Positions 25,191 to 37,861 of a DNA stretch of 64,000 nt are shown here, one piece after another. The DNA is from Glaucostegus cemiculus. Lineage: Eukaryota. Numbering within the stretch: position 1 is the stretch's first letter; every line of letters starts with the position of its first letter. The stretch lies in assembly GCA_976551045.1 (NCBI GenBank), contig CDPCPM010000354.1:6572001-6636000 (forward strand), in the 5' to 3' direction. A program made the translations under genes and the position numbers. The notes below the pieces were generated by a model, which saw only the letters and a list, made by a program, of their open reading frames with translations, was not told where the DNA came from and did no database searches.

Positions 25191-25655
25191 TTTAGTTCAA
25201 CATTGGCAGCCATTGCCGCAGAGGCCCTGAGTCCTCAGATTCCTTCTCTCTCAACCTGTTGCCTCTCTTTCTGCTTTAAAAACACTTCATTGAACCGACC
25301 TCTTGAACTCTCTTTTTTGATTATCTATCTGAATATCTCCTCACGAGATATACCGTGAATTTGTAGTGTCATATAACTGGGTGTTTTGCTGAAGACATTT
25401 TTGTTTTCTTTAAGCTACTTGCAGGCGTTAATATCCAGGGCTTAGAAAGAACTCTTGTGGCTGTGATGCTGAGTTAAGGCAGAACCTGTTATTTGGCACC
25501 AATCTAAGCTGAAGATAAAGAGCAGTTTATCCTGCTGAACCACCTCAAGGAACCTCTCTCCGATTCACTGTTTTCATGAAAATACTTGATCTGCGGAGAG
25601 ACGGTCCTCAAAAACATTTTAACCCAACAGGTGGTTAAGTGACTAGTGAGCAGTT

Positions 25656-25863
25656 TGTGGTGATGTGATGCTATTAACAATAGAAGTGTGGCAATTACTA
25701 GTCTGCCATATATCGCTAGCAAAACTATTGATCTACTAATTTCTAATCAAGTTAATGTTTATCCTGTTTCAGCAGATGCAGTGCTCTGCAGGTAGACAAC
25801 TATTCCATGAGCTGCAGGAAGCATTGGGAGATTGGCTTGTCCTCTGTTGAGGGTGTAGAAGGG
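25656..25863 (+). repeat. Copy 1 of a ~200-bp local direct duplication
   Basis: Aligns to 26625-26823 with a few substitutions and one ~10-bp indel. Confidence 0.95.
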
Positions 25864-26624
25864 GAGGCTGAGGAAGTTGTAGTCAATGAAACAATAGATG
25901 ATATTGCCAGAAACTTTGGTGAGCCTTTCTCCTGTCTTCCCTAACCTTTCCCCTTGCTTGAGTCTTTACCTCATTCTTTGTTAAGTGGGTGGCAGGTGCC
26001 TGCAGCTATCTAACTCCATGGGTGGGAGGTACAAAGATGGCCTCACATCACATAAGACAATGATTCTGAAGTTAGATGTAGCATCCTGACCTGAGATCAA
26101 CTGTCTCAGCACAGGGAAAGTTGTAACCTTGAGCTTCCTTGTTTGGGTTGTTTACTTAGCTACCAGATGAATCCTCAGGCCCACTGGTATTTTAGGCACC
26201 TTTAAGAAATTAATTGCTTCTCATCTGTGAGATCGTTCATAGTCCGAGTGGGGTGGACATTCATCTGCAGTTGCCTGCTCTACATATACAATATGCTAGT
26301 AATAAAATCTAGTTTCAGAAGCAGAATACAGCTCAGCCATAACTATCTTCCACAGTCAGTGCAGGTGACTGAGGATGAGTTTTTAATCTCAGTCATTGGA
26401 TTAAGACAATTCGAGGTGGTTTGAAAGGACCATGATGATGTCAACAGGTGGGACCCTACAGACAAAATACACAGGCAAGGATCCAACACAGTGATAGGCT
26501 GTTGTGTCTCTCTCTGGAGCACTGCCTCACTTGCTCTCCTGGTCTTTCTGCTCTAGTTACCACTTTACAATTGCCACACCGTTTCCATTAATACTCATGT
26601 AAGTGACAGTAACTTAGCGATTTC

Positions 26625-26823
26625 TGTAGTGATGTGATACTATTAACAATAGAAGTGTGGCAATTACTAGTCTGCCATATATCGCCAGCAAAACTATTGA
26701 CCTACTAATTTCTAATCAAGTTATATGTTTAACCTGTTTCAGCAGATGTAGGTAGGCAACTATTCCATGAGCTGCAGGAAGCATTGGGAGATTGGCTTGT
26801 CCTCTGTTGAGGGTGTAGAAGGG
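26625..26823 (+). repeat. Copy 2 of the ~200-bp direct duplication, bracketed by ~23-bp imperfect inverted repeats
   Basis: Same sequence as 25656-25863; flanks tgacagtaacttagcgatttctg and cagaaatcccaaagttgctgcca. Confidence 0.95.
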
Positions 26824-27749
26824 CAGAAATCCCAAAGTTGCTGCCAGACATTCATTGCTCCACTGCAGAGTATGCAGTTTGCAACTTTTTGCAAATGAAT
26901 CAAAAGAAACCCCTTAAATTGATGAGAATATCAGTTATTTACAAACTCATTCTCTGTAAAATGCTCTGAATATCTTACTTTTGATTATACAAGATCTAAG
27001 TGTTTTTAATAATGTACCAGGCATTAATTACTGCTTGAAAGCCCTTTCTAAAAATTTGATTTTAAGTTGTTGGACTGTAATTCTATCAGATAAATATTTC
27101 AATGTATAAGGGATTTCAGAATTAAAATTGAAGTGATTATTTATGATATTTCAGGTTCCTGTTTTGGTCATATGTGTGTATTCCAATCATTATTTGATAC
27201 TTTACATAGTTTAAAGAAAGTTAGACATTTTTCTGTTTGGTTTGCTGTTTGTTTCTCCATCAGTTTGATGACATCTGCTGGGTGCCAGGGATCCCATTAA
27301 ACTGATGCCTGGCAGAAGGTAGTGTCAAAAGAGGGGACACTCTTGCTGCAGATATTGAAAGTTCTTTGGTTAGTAGTCGTGGGGGATTACCTTCTTCGGA
27401 TTCATCAGTGAGTGCCAATGTTTCATTGATAATTTCAAATTCTGGGCCAATATTTCTCATTTTCAAATAACTAATTCTGTTTTAAAAGTACCTACGCCTG
27501 TCGTTATATTGGGATTTCCATGGAGGTAGAGATAACTGCAGAAATCCTAAAGTTGCTGTCAATGATTCAGCCCTCCTACACAGGCTGCTATCTGTAGTCT
27601 TCTCCAGTGGAATAAAGTGAAATCCATGCAGCTTGAATGCATATCAAACTCCCTTCTGTTGGTTTGCTGCAACATCATTAGTGACCTGTGTGTACCCCTT
27701 ATTCCTCCCTGCTCCTCTGCGTTTAAGGTGTACTTGCTTTCCCAAGACG

Positions 27750-29135
27750 TATGCATCACTTGGCATTCCCCAACATTAAACTGCACTTACTCTGGTTGGC
27801 TCCTTGATGTGTTGATCTAGAAAACTATCTCCAGGAATTCCTACTCCACAGTACTGTTACTAATTTGGTTAGCACATTCTCTGTGTTGATTAAAGTGAGC
27901 CATGACTACAGCTGTACCCTTACTGCACTCTGCTTTCCTGCTTAACGCTGTCCCAACTTCACCACTACTGTTGAAGGGTCAGTACGCAACCCCCATTAAT
28001 GTTTTATCCCCTTTTGTACTTCTCAGCTCTGTCCTTACAAATTTCACAACATCAGAGCTAATATCCTTCCTGCCCATTGTTTAATCTCATTAACCACAAC
28101 AGGATCCCACCTCCTTTTCCTTCTTCGCTGTCCTTCCTCAATATTGAGTACATCTGGATGACCCATTCCCTCCAGGCATGGCCCTGTAGTCCCTGTTATA
28201 TCGTCCACACTTACACCGGTTTACACAATTAATTCATCCACCTTGTTGTGAATGCCGAATACCTCACACATTAAAACTCTCATCCATTAGTCTTGTCTTT
28301 TAATATTCTTATCCTTTAAAATAAGATAGATATCTTTATTAGTCACACACAGTGAAATCCATCTTTGGCGTAGAGTGTTCTGGGGGCAGCCCGCAAGCGT
28401 CACCACACTTCTGGTGCCAACATAGCATGCCCACATCTTCCTAACTTGTACATCTTTGGAATGTAGGAGGAAACCAGAGCACCTGGAGGAAACCCACGCA
28501 GAAATAGGGGGAACGTACAAACTCCTTACAGACAGCAGCCAGAATTGAACCCAGGTCGCTGGCGCTGTAGTAGCATTACACTAACCGCTACACTACTGTG
28601 CCACATTAGATTGTGTCACAGCCATGCTCCATTTCTCCTCCTTGCACTTTTGTTTCTCCCCCTCCTGTTTCTTTTACCTGCTTCCTCTTTCAGGTTCCCA
28701 TCCCCCTGCTGATTTAGTTTAAACCCTCTCCGACTCACTAACACTCCCTCTGGGACATTGCTCCCTGCCCTGCCCAAGTGCAGCCCAACCAGCTTGTACT
28801 GGTCCCACCTCCCCAGAGCCAGTTCCAATATCTCAGGGATTTGATCCTTCCTCTTGCGACATACCTGACTTATCCTTCTATCCGGACTTGCATGTGGTAC
28901 CGGGCATATCCCTATCTTTGCTGACCCATTTTTAAATTAGTTCCTTGCAGGACCTTATGTCCTTTCTCACCTATATCATTGTTCACCCCCCCTCCAGAAT
29001 GCTCTGCAGTCATCATTGACCCTAGCACCAAAGAGGTAACACACTGTCCTAGAGACCCATTTGTGTGGAAGAAACGTCTGCTGCTCCACTTACAATTGGA
29101 TCCCTTATCACTGTAACCCTGCTGTGCAGCAGAGC
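27750..29135 (-). mobile_element. Degenerate CR1 5' region (ORF1 SGNH-esterase-like domain and ORF2 endonuclease remnants), interrupted by a SINE
   Basis: RWDQYKLVGLHLGRAGSNV resembles the DGLHL block and GVNNDIGEKGHKVL the GTND block of SGNH esterases found in CR1 ORF1. Confidence 0.7.
28318..28604 (-). mobile_element. V-SINE, second family, near full length
   Basis: Reverse complement: gtggcacagtagtgtagcggttagtgtaatgctactacagcgccagcgacctgggttcaattctggc...tail gtgactaataaagatatctatcttatt. Confidence 0.9.
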
Positions 29136-29679
29136 CACCTGTGTCTGCTGTGATGCTCAAAAACCTGGAGGAACCCAGTGGGTCAGGCAGCATCTATGGA
29201 GGGACACGGACAGTCAGCAAGATTCCAGCATCTGCTGTCCCTTGTGTCTCCATCCATCACTGCTCCTGCCTCCCCCTGATTATCCACCTCCCCCAACAAC
29301 ATCTATAGCTGTATATCTGTCAGAGAGGGGTTGGACACAGGGGATTGCTCTACTACCTCCCTGCACCACTGTGAATTGCTGTCCCTCATTACTTTCCTAC
29401 TGTGCATTCTCTCCCTCTAGATGTCCTATCCATCTGACTCTACCTCCAGGTATGTAATGCAGTCAACCAGTAGCAGCGGTTGGATACAGCCTCTGCACAC
29501 ACAGTTATGGTTAGTTATGTATCCCTGGCTATGTACATGGTTATGTATCCCTGCATACACAGTGTCCTTGATTTTCAATGTGCTGTAGAAAGAACATGCC
29601 ACAGGTCTGAGCTCTCCTGCCATGGCATATCCTTTAATTACTTTAAATTAAATGAAATTAAAGCTGACTAGTTGCACAT

Positions 29680-29850
29680 TGGTATTGGTTTATTATTGTC
29701 ACTTGCACCGAGGTACAGTGAAAAATTTGTCTTGCACACTGTTCGTACAGGTCAGTTCATTACATAGTGCATTGGGGTAGTACAGGGTAAAAACAACAAC
29801 AGAATGAGGAATAACAGATTACAGTGACAGAGAAAGTGCAAGCAGACAAG
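29680..29850 (-). mobile_element. Rex1/Babar-type 3'UTR fragment
   Basis: ttggtattggtttattattgtcacttgcaccgaggtacagtgaaaaa...gagaaagtgcaagcagacaa. Confidence 0.75.
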
Positions 29851-29854
29851 GAGG

Positions 29855-30110
29855 AATGCAGTGAGGAGGAATTTCTTTAGCCAGAGGGAGGTGAATCTGT
29901 GGAATTCATTGCCACAGATGGCTGTGGAGGACAAGTCATTGTGTATACTTAAAGTGTTGATAGGTTTTTGATTAGTGAGGGCATCAAAGGTTATGAGGAG
30001 AAGACAGGAGAATGGTGTTGAGAGGGAAAAATAAATCAGCCATGATCGAAAGATGGAGCAGACTCGATGGGCTGAATAGCCTAATTCTGTTTCTATGTCT
30101 TATGGTCTTT
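29855..30110 (+). mobile_element. CR1 LINE 3' end
   Basis: gaggaggaatttctttagccagagggaggtgaatctgtggaattcattgccacag...gactcgatgggctgaatagcctaattctgtttctatgtcttatggtct. Confidence 0.88.
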
Positions 30111-30499
30111 TGGACTTGAACAGTCTACCCTTTGGCTTTCTGGCTTAATGTTCCTTATATTTGGCAACTTATGGTAGAAGCTTAATGATTTCTAAATTTC
30201 CCATGGAATTCTCAGTTTTTTCCTTGGTTTGAATAATTTTGATGGTATTATATGTTTTTGAATAATGAGCTCCTCGAACAGCCCATAATCCCGATGCTCC
30301 CTGCTCTAGAAAACTGGGGTAAGAAGCTTATTAGAATAACTGGCATCCTCAGTTTCCAAAACAACAGTCTCTTTTATCTTTCTATGGTCCTACTCTTTTC
30401 ACTAATGTGTATCTAGAAAGCCATTAAGGCTTTTTAATGATTTTGTTAATTTCTTTCATAACATATTTGATTTTTTGGAGTGTTTGGTAATTTTAGTAG

Positions 30500-30845
30500 T
30501 ATCTCAGTGGGTAGTAATCTAAATTATTGAATGTTTGATTCCCAAGAGCTGAGCATAGAGATTTGAGTTGATGTTCGAGTGCACTGCAGAGGGAGGTCTG
30601 CCTACATGAGGTGCTGTCTTTCAAGTAAAACATTAAACCTATTTCATGGAAGAACAGGGAAGCTATCCCTGTTGTCTTCTTTTAACTTGCATTACATTAT
30701 CTGGTCATTGTTTGTGGGAGCTTGCTGTGTGTAGATTAGCTGCTCCACTCCCTACATGACAGCAGTGACCACACTTCAATACCTTTAAAGCACACTGGGA
30801 TAACTGAGGTTGCACAAATCATACAATAAATAAAAATCTATTTTC
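30500..30845 (+). mobile_element. SacSINE1/DeuSINE-like SINE (degenerate)
   Basis: ctcagtgggtag...gaggtgctgtctttc...ttaaacc...ttatctggtcattgtttgtgggagcttgctgtg...cagtgaccacacttcaa. Confidence 0.75.
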
Positions 30846-31519
30846 CTTATTTTATGTTCTTGGGACTTATTGTGCCTTGTAATGTAATTATCCGCTCCGC
30901 AATCACTAACTACTTCTTAATTTCAAATTTGACATGCTTTCCTTATTAGTTCCTGAATCCTCCTCCTTTGATATGTACAGAAAGAAAAAGCGGTCATTAT
31001 GGAGAGCTGTATTTTTTTTGTCTGTTCAGGAGCTTTGCAAGTGCCACAAGAATGTTGGAAATCTTGGAACGTTGCACTGGTGCCAGTCGTCAGACTCAGG
31101 ATATTGCATTGCTCAGCATGTTCAACAATCACGTTCAACAGGAAATGTTTGGGAATCGCAGACACAATTCATCAACAGTTCTGTTAGACAGAGGGTTTTT
31201 GCAAGTCGGAGATGCCGTCTGTGCGATCTGCTGTGCAGATTGTTTGAATTCATATCGATTACTGAACCACAGAACTGTTAACAGCTGTTGTTTCATGCAT
31301 TGTATCTGGGGTCTGAACACCAACCGCTCCTGTCTCAGTGCTGACACTGGCAATGCTCAAATGCTGACTCAAACTTCCGGATGATCGGAGAAACCATTCA
31401 AACTTTTGTGAGGCCAGGTACATCATCTGTACCTTTAGTGAAAGCTGTCCCACAGTCAGAAGGATATCCTCTCCCTGTATCTGTCCCTGTTTCCAAGGTA
31501 ATGCAGCTTTCTCCCCTGC

Positions 31520-31730
31520 TTTTCATGTCAGCATTTTCTGCCAATTCTTAATTGCCCTTACGAAGGTTTGTGGTGAACCAGTCTCTTGATCCACTGTGAT
31601 GCTGTTGGTGAAGGTGCTCCCTTGGTGCTGTTAGGACGGATTTCCAGGACTTAGACCCAGTGACAATGAAGGACTGGCTTATGTATATCTAAGGCAGCAA
31701 CATCGGCAACCCTGAGGGGAACCTACAGCA
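31520..31730 (-). mobile_element. Old non-LTR retrotransposon 3' end (clade uncertain)
   Basis: cagcattttctgccaattcttaattgccctt..gtggtgaacc..gtgctgttagga..ttccaggacttagacccagtgacaatgaagga resembles a common shark LINE tail; its end is similar to the tail of the SINE at 13957/19510. Confidence 0.5.
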
Positions 31731-31944
31731 AACCCTGCCCAACAGATTTCAGATTAGTTTATTGTCATATACACTAGGGTGCATGAAATTCCTTGCTTGC
31801 TTGAAGCTGACAAAGTAAACAGTAAACTTCAGAGGTTGTGGGTTTGAGAGGTTTCTCAGAGAAGCCTTGCAGAGTTGCAGCAGTGCAGTTTTAGTGAGTA
31901 GAAGCTGCAGTCTTGATGTGTTGCTGGGGAAGAACATGCAGATG

Positions 31945-32930
31945 GGGACACAGCAGTCTGCAGATGCTGGAAAGCTGGACCAACACACAAAATGCTGGAG
32001 GAACTCTGTGGGTCAGGCAGCATTTGTGGAGGGAAATGGACAGTTGATGTTCCAGGCTGAGGTCCTTCATCAGGACTGGAAAGGAAGAGGGCCAGAATAG
32101 GGGGAGGGGGAGGAGCAGGAGCTGGTGGGTGATGACTGAATCCAGGTGAGGGGGGCAAGGTAGGTGGGGGGGGAGGGGTGGAGTGAGAATGATGTGTGGA
32201 GCTGGGGGGTGATAGGTGGAAGAGGCAAAAGGCCGAAGAAGATGGAATCTGACACAAGAGGACAGTGGACCATGGAGTGCAGGAAAGGAGGTGGGGAACC
32301 AGAGGGAGAAGGTGTGGGTGATGGGCAGGCCATGGGGTTGGGGGCGGGGGAGGGGAAAGAGAAGGGATAAAGGGGCCAGAGGGATGAGGGAAAACAGAGG
32401 GGAGTGGTTAACCAGAAGTTAGAGAAATCGATGTTGATGCCATCAAGTTGGAGATTGCCGAGACAGAATATGAGGTGTTGTTCCTCTAATCTGTGCCTAG
32501 CCTCAACTTGGCACTAGAGGAGGTCATGGACAGACATGTCGGTGTGGGAATGGGAAGTGGAATTGAAGTGGCTGGCACTGGGAGATCCTGGCTGTTACAG
32601 CGTACGGAGTGAAGGTGCTTGACAAAGTGGCTTCCCACTTTGCGCCGGGTCTCACCGATGTAAAGGAGGTGTGGGGGCAGGTTGCAGGGGTAAGTACCTG
32701 GAGGATGAATCGGTGGGGAGGAACGAGTGGACAAGGGAGTCATGGAGAGAGCGATCCCTGTGGGAGGGGAGGGAAAGGGAAGACGTGCCTGGTGGTGGGA
32801 TCCTTTGGAGGTGGCGGAAGTAGCAGAGAATGACGTAATAGGTGAGGACAAGGGGAACCCTCTCCCTGTTATGTCAGGGTGGGGTGGGGTGAGGGCAGAC
32901 ATACGGGAAATGGAGGAGATGGGGGTGAGA
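31945..32930 (-). mobile_element. Penelope-like element 3' part: GIY-YIG remnant, pyrimidine-rich UTR and terminal repeat with hammerhead-like motif
   Basis: ORF 32486-32950 LLYIGETRRKVGSHFVKHLHSVRCNSQDLPV; minus strand cagtc-CTGATGA-aggacctcagcct-GGAAC-atc-aactg at about 32041-32078. Confidence 0.88.
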
Positions 32931-33051
32931 TATGTAGGATCATAGATCAATTGTTGATTAGGCAGGCTGTGTATGTCTTTGCTGTAGTTCCAGAGTCTCT
33001 TGCTTCCTCACTGTCTGCCTCTTTTTCTCAGTACTTCTGTACTTTCTCTCT

Positions 33052-33079
33052 TATTTTCTCTCTCTCTCTCTCTCTCTCC
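33052..33079. repeat. (CT)n microsatellite
   Basis: ttttctctctctctctctctctctcc. Confidence 0.9.
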
Positions 33080-33087
33080 TTGTGTTA

Positions 33088-33375
33088 TTGATGAGACATT
33101 AAAATTGGGCCCAATCTATTTGCTAAGTTGAAGATCTCAAGGCATCACTTTGAAGAAGGGCGGAGGAATCCTGGCCAATATTTATTGTTCAGTTCACATC
33201 CTGGATACAGATTACCTGGACACGTCACATTGTTATTTGTGGATTCTTGCTGTACACAAAATGGCTGCTGACTACAGTAATGGCTACAATTTAAAGGTAT
33301 TTCATTGGCTGGAAAGAAATCTAGGACATCCTGATGTCGTGAAAGATGACACAGAAGGTAAATCTTCCTTCCTTT
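33088..33375 (+). mobile_element. SacSINE1/DeuSINE-like 3' part
   Basis: gatgagacattaaa...tcctggccaatattta...cagattacctgg...ttcattggctggaaag...ggacatcctgatgtcgtgaaag. Confidence 0.75.
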
Positions 33376-34651
33376 AAGGTATGGGGTAGAATAGAAGGGG
33401 CTGTTTGAGGTAAGATATGTGGAATATCTGCTATCATGGGGAATTGAGCTTCTGCCTTGACACTGTCGTCAGTGGCTTATGACGGCCTTTCAGTTCATCG
33501 TCAGTGATCCAGGGATTAGGAGAATCCTGGAATCACAGAACCTACAAAACAAATGAGGCCATTGGGTCATTGTCTCCATGTGGGTTGAGTAAGTTATTGG
33601 GATCAATTCCACACCCCAGCTTTTGGTCTGTACTTCTACAACACATCAAGACTCATCAGATTCTTTTTAAACATGATGAAGGTTTCTGTCTCCACCAGTC
33701 CATCAGACAGTGAGTTTCAGATCCCTAACACACTTTAGGTAAATAAATCATGTTTTCTTCGCTCAGTCAATTCACTTCAATCTTTGTTCTCTACTTATTA
33801 ACTGCCAAGAGAAATAGGTCCTGTGTGTTCAACCTATCTAAACTCTTCATAATTTTACATGCATTAAAATTACACATTTAACATCTAGACATGGTGTAAG
33901 TAATGTTTTCTTGCAAATTGAGGCTTCAGCAAAGCTGAGGTGTTATAATTTCAAAATAAATCAAACAATCTGCATGGGAAGAATTCCAAGCAGTGAAATT
34001 AGATCCACTGTAAAAGTGTCATCCTGGCCAAGAGTCATCCTGACCATCTATCTGCACTGGAGTTGTCTGTATTAGAGATCTTTTATCACTTTAATATTCC
34101 ATCTTTTCCTCATAGTTCTATCTCTTTTCTCTCAACACAGAAGAAATTCTAAGGAAGTGTTGCAAAAATAAGAAGGATCCAGTAGTAAGGCAGATTAAAA
34201 ATCACACAACACAAAACAGACATCAATGGATAGGTTAACAAGCCAACCTTTTAATCAAGCCTTACTACAGGAAGTCAATACAAATTAAAACATGTGCTGT
34301 GCATTTCACTTCATCAAATAACACCTCAAATAATTCATCAAAATAGTCTGATGTCAACAATGGCAATGCAAGCAGGCAGGATTCGGGCTTGGTCTGGTAT
34401 GGACATGATTTATTCCTCTACATCCTCCAAAAGCATCATCGGTTTATGTCCAAATTTTGACCCTGTAGCTCTGGACTATTCACAGTCATCACTAAGTTCT
34501 GCGTCGTCATGACAACCTGCCAACTTTCAGGTTGTCTGCTCATGTTTGTCATTTACTCCTCCAACCTACTAATTAATTTGGACCATCTGAATAAGAAACC
34601 ATTGATGAGAAAATAGTCCTCGTTATTTTGTTTTATATTTTGACTCTACTC

Positions 34652-35262
34652 TATAAGAACACAAGAAGTAGGGACAGGAATAGGGCACTCTGCTCCTCAA
34701 ACTTGTCCCACCATTCAATGTGATCAGGGTTGATCTGCCCCAAGCCTCAGCTCCTTCTGTCTGCAAAATCTCCATTGCCCTCAATCCCCCAATCTTTCCA
34801 AAATGTATCTACCTCCATTCTCAATGAGCTAGCCTCTGTGACTCTCTGGAAGCGAGAATTCTAGAGATGTGCCCCTCTCTATGAGAAGAAATTTCGACAT
34901 GCTTTGATTTTAAATGACCTGCCCTTTATCTTGAAACTATGTCCCCTCTCCCACTGATGAAAACATCTCATCATCTACCCTGTCACGCCACCTTAGGATC
35001 TTATGTGCTTCGATAAGATCATCCATCATCCTTCTGAACTCCATCACGAGCCTGCCTAACCTCTTTGGGTAGGACAACCCTCTCATCCCAGGAATTGGCC
35101 TGGTGAGTCTCCTTCCAACTGCCTCCAAAGTTACTATATCCTTTCTTAGGAAAGGGGACCAAAACAGTGCAGAGTACTCCAGGTGTGGCCTCACCAACAC
35201 CCTGTACAACTGGAACAACACCTCCCTTTTTCTAATCTCCAATCCTAGTGCCTTAATTCTGA
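34652..35262 (-). mobile_element. CR1 LINE 3' fragment
   Basis: ORF 34937-35275 EVLFQLYRVLVRPHLEYSALFWSPFLRKDIVTLEAVGRRLTRPIPGMRGLSY...DLIEAHKILR. Confidence 0.9.
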
Positions 35263-35585
35263 TGTTGGTCTGCAAGTCCTTTACATTGCCACAGAACAGA
35301 GCACTCAGCTGTTGAGAAGCTAAAGAACACTACATGTTGGAACACAGCTTCAAAGTAATCAAACAATGAACTAAGTAGCCCGACCCTCACCTGGTCAATA
35401 ATTAACCAAGAGAAATAAAACTTCCCTGCTGTTGTTCCTACCAGTGGTTTACAGCTTTGTTTACTGACACAGCCACCTTTGTACAAACTTGGCACAAGTT
35501 TTCAAAGAACAAAGTAGATGTGGAAATCATTTCTGGGCTTTTAGCTGCAACCTGGGTGTTGAGGAGGAATCCAAGTTTGGTTTCT

Positions 35586-36442
35586 ATCAGAATCACTCTC
35601 GGGTTTATTATCACTGATGTATGTCATGAAATTTGTGGCTTTGTGGCAGCAGTACAGTGCAAGACATAAAGACAGAAAAATCACTATAAGTTACAAAAAA
35701 TATAGTCCAAAAGAGGAATAACAAGGTAGTTTTCACGTGGTCATGGACCATTCAGAAATCTGATGGCAGAGGGGAAGAAGCTGTTCCTGAATCATTGAGT
35801 GTGGGTCTTCAGGCTCCTGTACCTCCTCCCCGATGGTAGTAATGTGAAGGGGGCATGTCCCAGGTGGTGAGGGTCCTCAATGATAGATGCCGCCTGCTTG
35901 AGGCACCACCTCTTGAAGATGTCCCTAATGGTAGGGAGGGCTGTGCCCGTGATGGAGCTGGTTGAGTCTACAACCCTCTGTAGCCTCTTTTGATCTGTGC
36001 ATTGGAGCCTCCGTACCAGGCGGTGATGCAACCAGTCAGAATACTCTCCACTGTACATGTGTGGAAATTTGCAAGAGTCTTTGGTGACAGACCAAATCTC
36101 CTCAAACTTGTAATGAAGTGGAACTGCTGACATGCCTTCTTTGTGATTGCATCAATGTGTTGGGCCCATGGTAGATCCTCTGAGATGTTGATGCCCAGGG
36201 ACTTGAAGCTGCTCACCCTTTCCACCGCTGACCCCTCAGTGAGGACTGGTGTGTGTTCTCCTGACCTCCCCTTCCTGAAGTCCACACTCAGTTCCTTGGC
36301 GTTGCTGATGCTGAGTGTGAGGTTGTTGTTGTGACACCACTCACCCAGCCGGTCTCTCTCACTCCTGCACACCTCCTCATCGCCATCTGAGACTCTGCCA
36401 ATGACAGTGGTGTCATTGGTGAATTTATAGATGGCATTTGAG
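35586..36442 (-). mobile_element. Rex1/Babar LINE RT C-terminal half plus 3'UTR
   Basis: ORFs 35968-36372 and 35792-36133 closely match the copy at 15512-16425. Confidence 0.95.
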
Positions 36443-36454
36443 TGTTTCTATTTT

Positions 36455-36730
36455 TTTTAAAGCGGGAAGACTTTTGTAAATTGGGTGCAGCTGTTGTTCA
36501 GTTGTTGCTGGCACATTGCAGGGAGGAGGTGATGACACCTGGAGAGGGTGTAGAAGAGATTTCCAAAATGTTGCCAGAGTTGGAGACTTTTAGTTTTGAG
36601 CAGAGATAGGCGAGGGTGAATGTCAAAATGTTGAGACGTTTCAATAGGGGATTGGGAGCAATCGATTTCCCTTAACAGACAGAACAGCAACAAAGGAGAC
36701 TAGAGTTAACACAGAATAGAGGGCACTTGG
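36455..36730 (+). mobile_element. Degenerate CR1 fragment
   Basis: ggagagggtgtagaagagatttccaaaatgttgccagagttggagacttttagtt encodes an ERVQKRFTRMLPGL-like segment. Confidence 0.6.
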
Positions 36731-36734
36731 TGAA

Positions 36735-37185
36735 TCGGTAAATTGGTTTATTACTGCCACATGGACCGAGGTACAGTGAAGAACTTGTATACCTTCCATA
36801 CAGATCAATTCATTACAACAGTGCATTGCGGTAGTACAAGGGAAAACAATAACGGAATGCAGAATAATGTGTTACAGTTACAGAGAAAGTGCAGTGCAGG
36901 CAGACAATAAGGTGCAAAGCCATAACGAGGTAGATTGTGAGGTCAAGAGTCCATTTTATTGTACTAGGGGACCATTCAATTGTCTTATGACAACGGGATA
37001 GAAGCTGTCCTTGAGCCTGGTGTTATGTGCTTTCAGGCTTTTCTATCTTCTGCCCGATGGGAGGGGGGAGAAGACAGGATGTCTGGGGTGGGTGGGGTCT
37101 TTGATTATGTTGGCTGCTTTACCAAGGCAGCGAGAAGTGTAGACAGAGTCCACGGAGAGGAGGCTGGTTTCTGTGATGTGTTCTG
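36735..37185 (-). mobile_element. Rex1/Babar LINE 3' end (second lineage)
   Basis: Minus strand ITETSLLSVDSVYTSRCLGKAANIIKDPTHPRHP; the 3'UTR ends ...aataaaccaatttaccgatt; same family as 43930-44460. Confidence 0.88.
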
Positions 37186-37861
37186 ATCTTCTGAAATGTG
37201 ATGAGGTTAGAGGGGGCGGAAACCTTCCTCACATTTCAGAAGTGCCCAGATTAACATTAACATTTACCATGGTGTAACTCACACGAGGCTACAGGCGTGG
37301 GATAAGGGACAAAGTGTTAATTTGGTGACCATTGACAGGATGGGATCAATGGCTTTCTTCTACACCCTACGTTTCTATCATTCATTAAACATGTTCTCCT
37401 GTGAGGAACAAAACAAGCTGAGCTGGACAATTTGACAATTCCTTTCCTCCCACAGATGCTGCCTGATGCACTGAGTTCCTCCACCGGATTGTTGTTCCAG
37501 ATTCCAACATCTGCAGGCTCTTGAGTGTCCAAGCTGAGCTGGACGTTTATCTCCGTCCCTTTGCTATAGATGAGCCAATGTTTTGGAAGCTCATTCCCAG
37601 CATCAGGAGAATGCCCCTCTCACCCGCGTTTGGCCTTTGCAGGGAATCAAGGGTAAGGTAAATAAACAGCCAAATCCTGCAAAGGATGGTTTAAAAACAG
37701 CTCTTGGCAGTTAACAAATTCAATGAGTGATTTTCATTCTTCACCACACTCTAAGGCAGAGCCTTCCAAAACTCACATTTAAAATCTAGTCTGGAGTGTA
37801 TCCTCTCCCAAATCTGTCTCTCCAACCCCCCTCAGAACCGGTCCATGTGAATGTTTGACCT

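Noticed and set aside
25656-26825. Confident LTR retrotransposon or TRIM call
   Set aside because: No TSD, primer-binding site or polypurine tract is visible, and copy 1 does not end in CA; kept only as an unexplained duplication.
432-27476. One minus-strand gene joining candidate exons 27391-27476, 10103-10218 and 432-578
   Set aside because: The splice phases are incompatible (ends phase 1 then starts phase 2; ends phase 1 then starts phase 0), and no peptide is recognisable.
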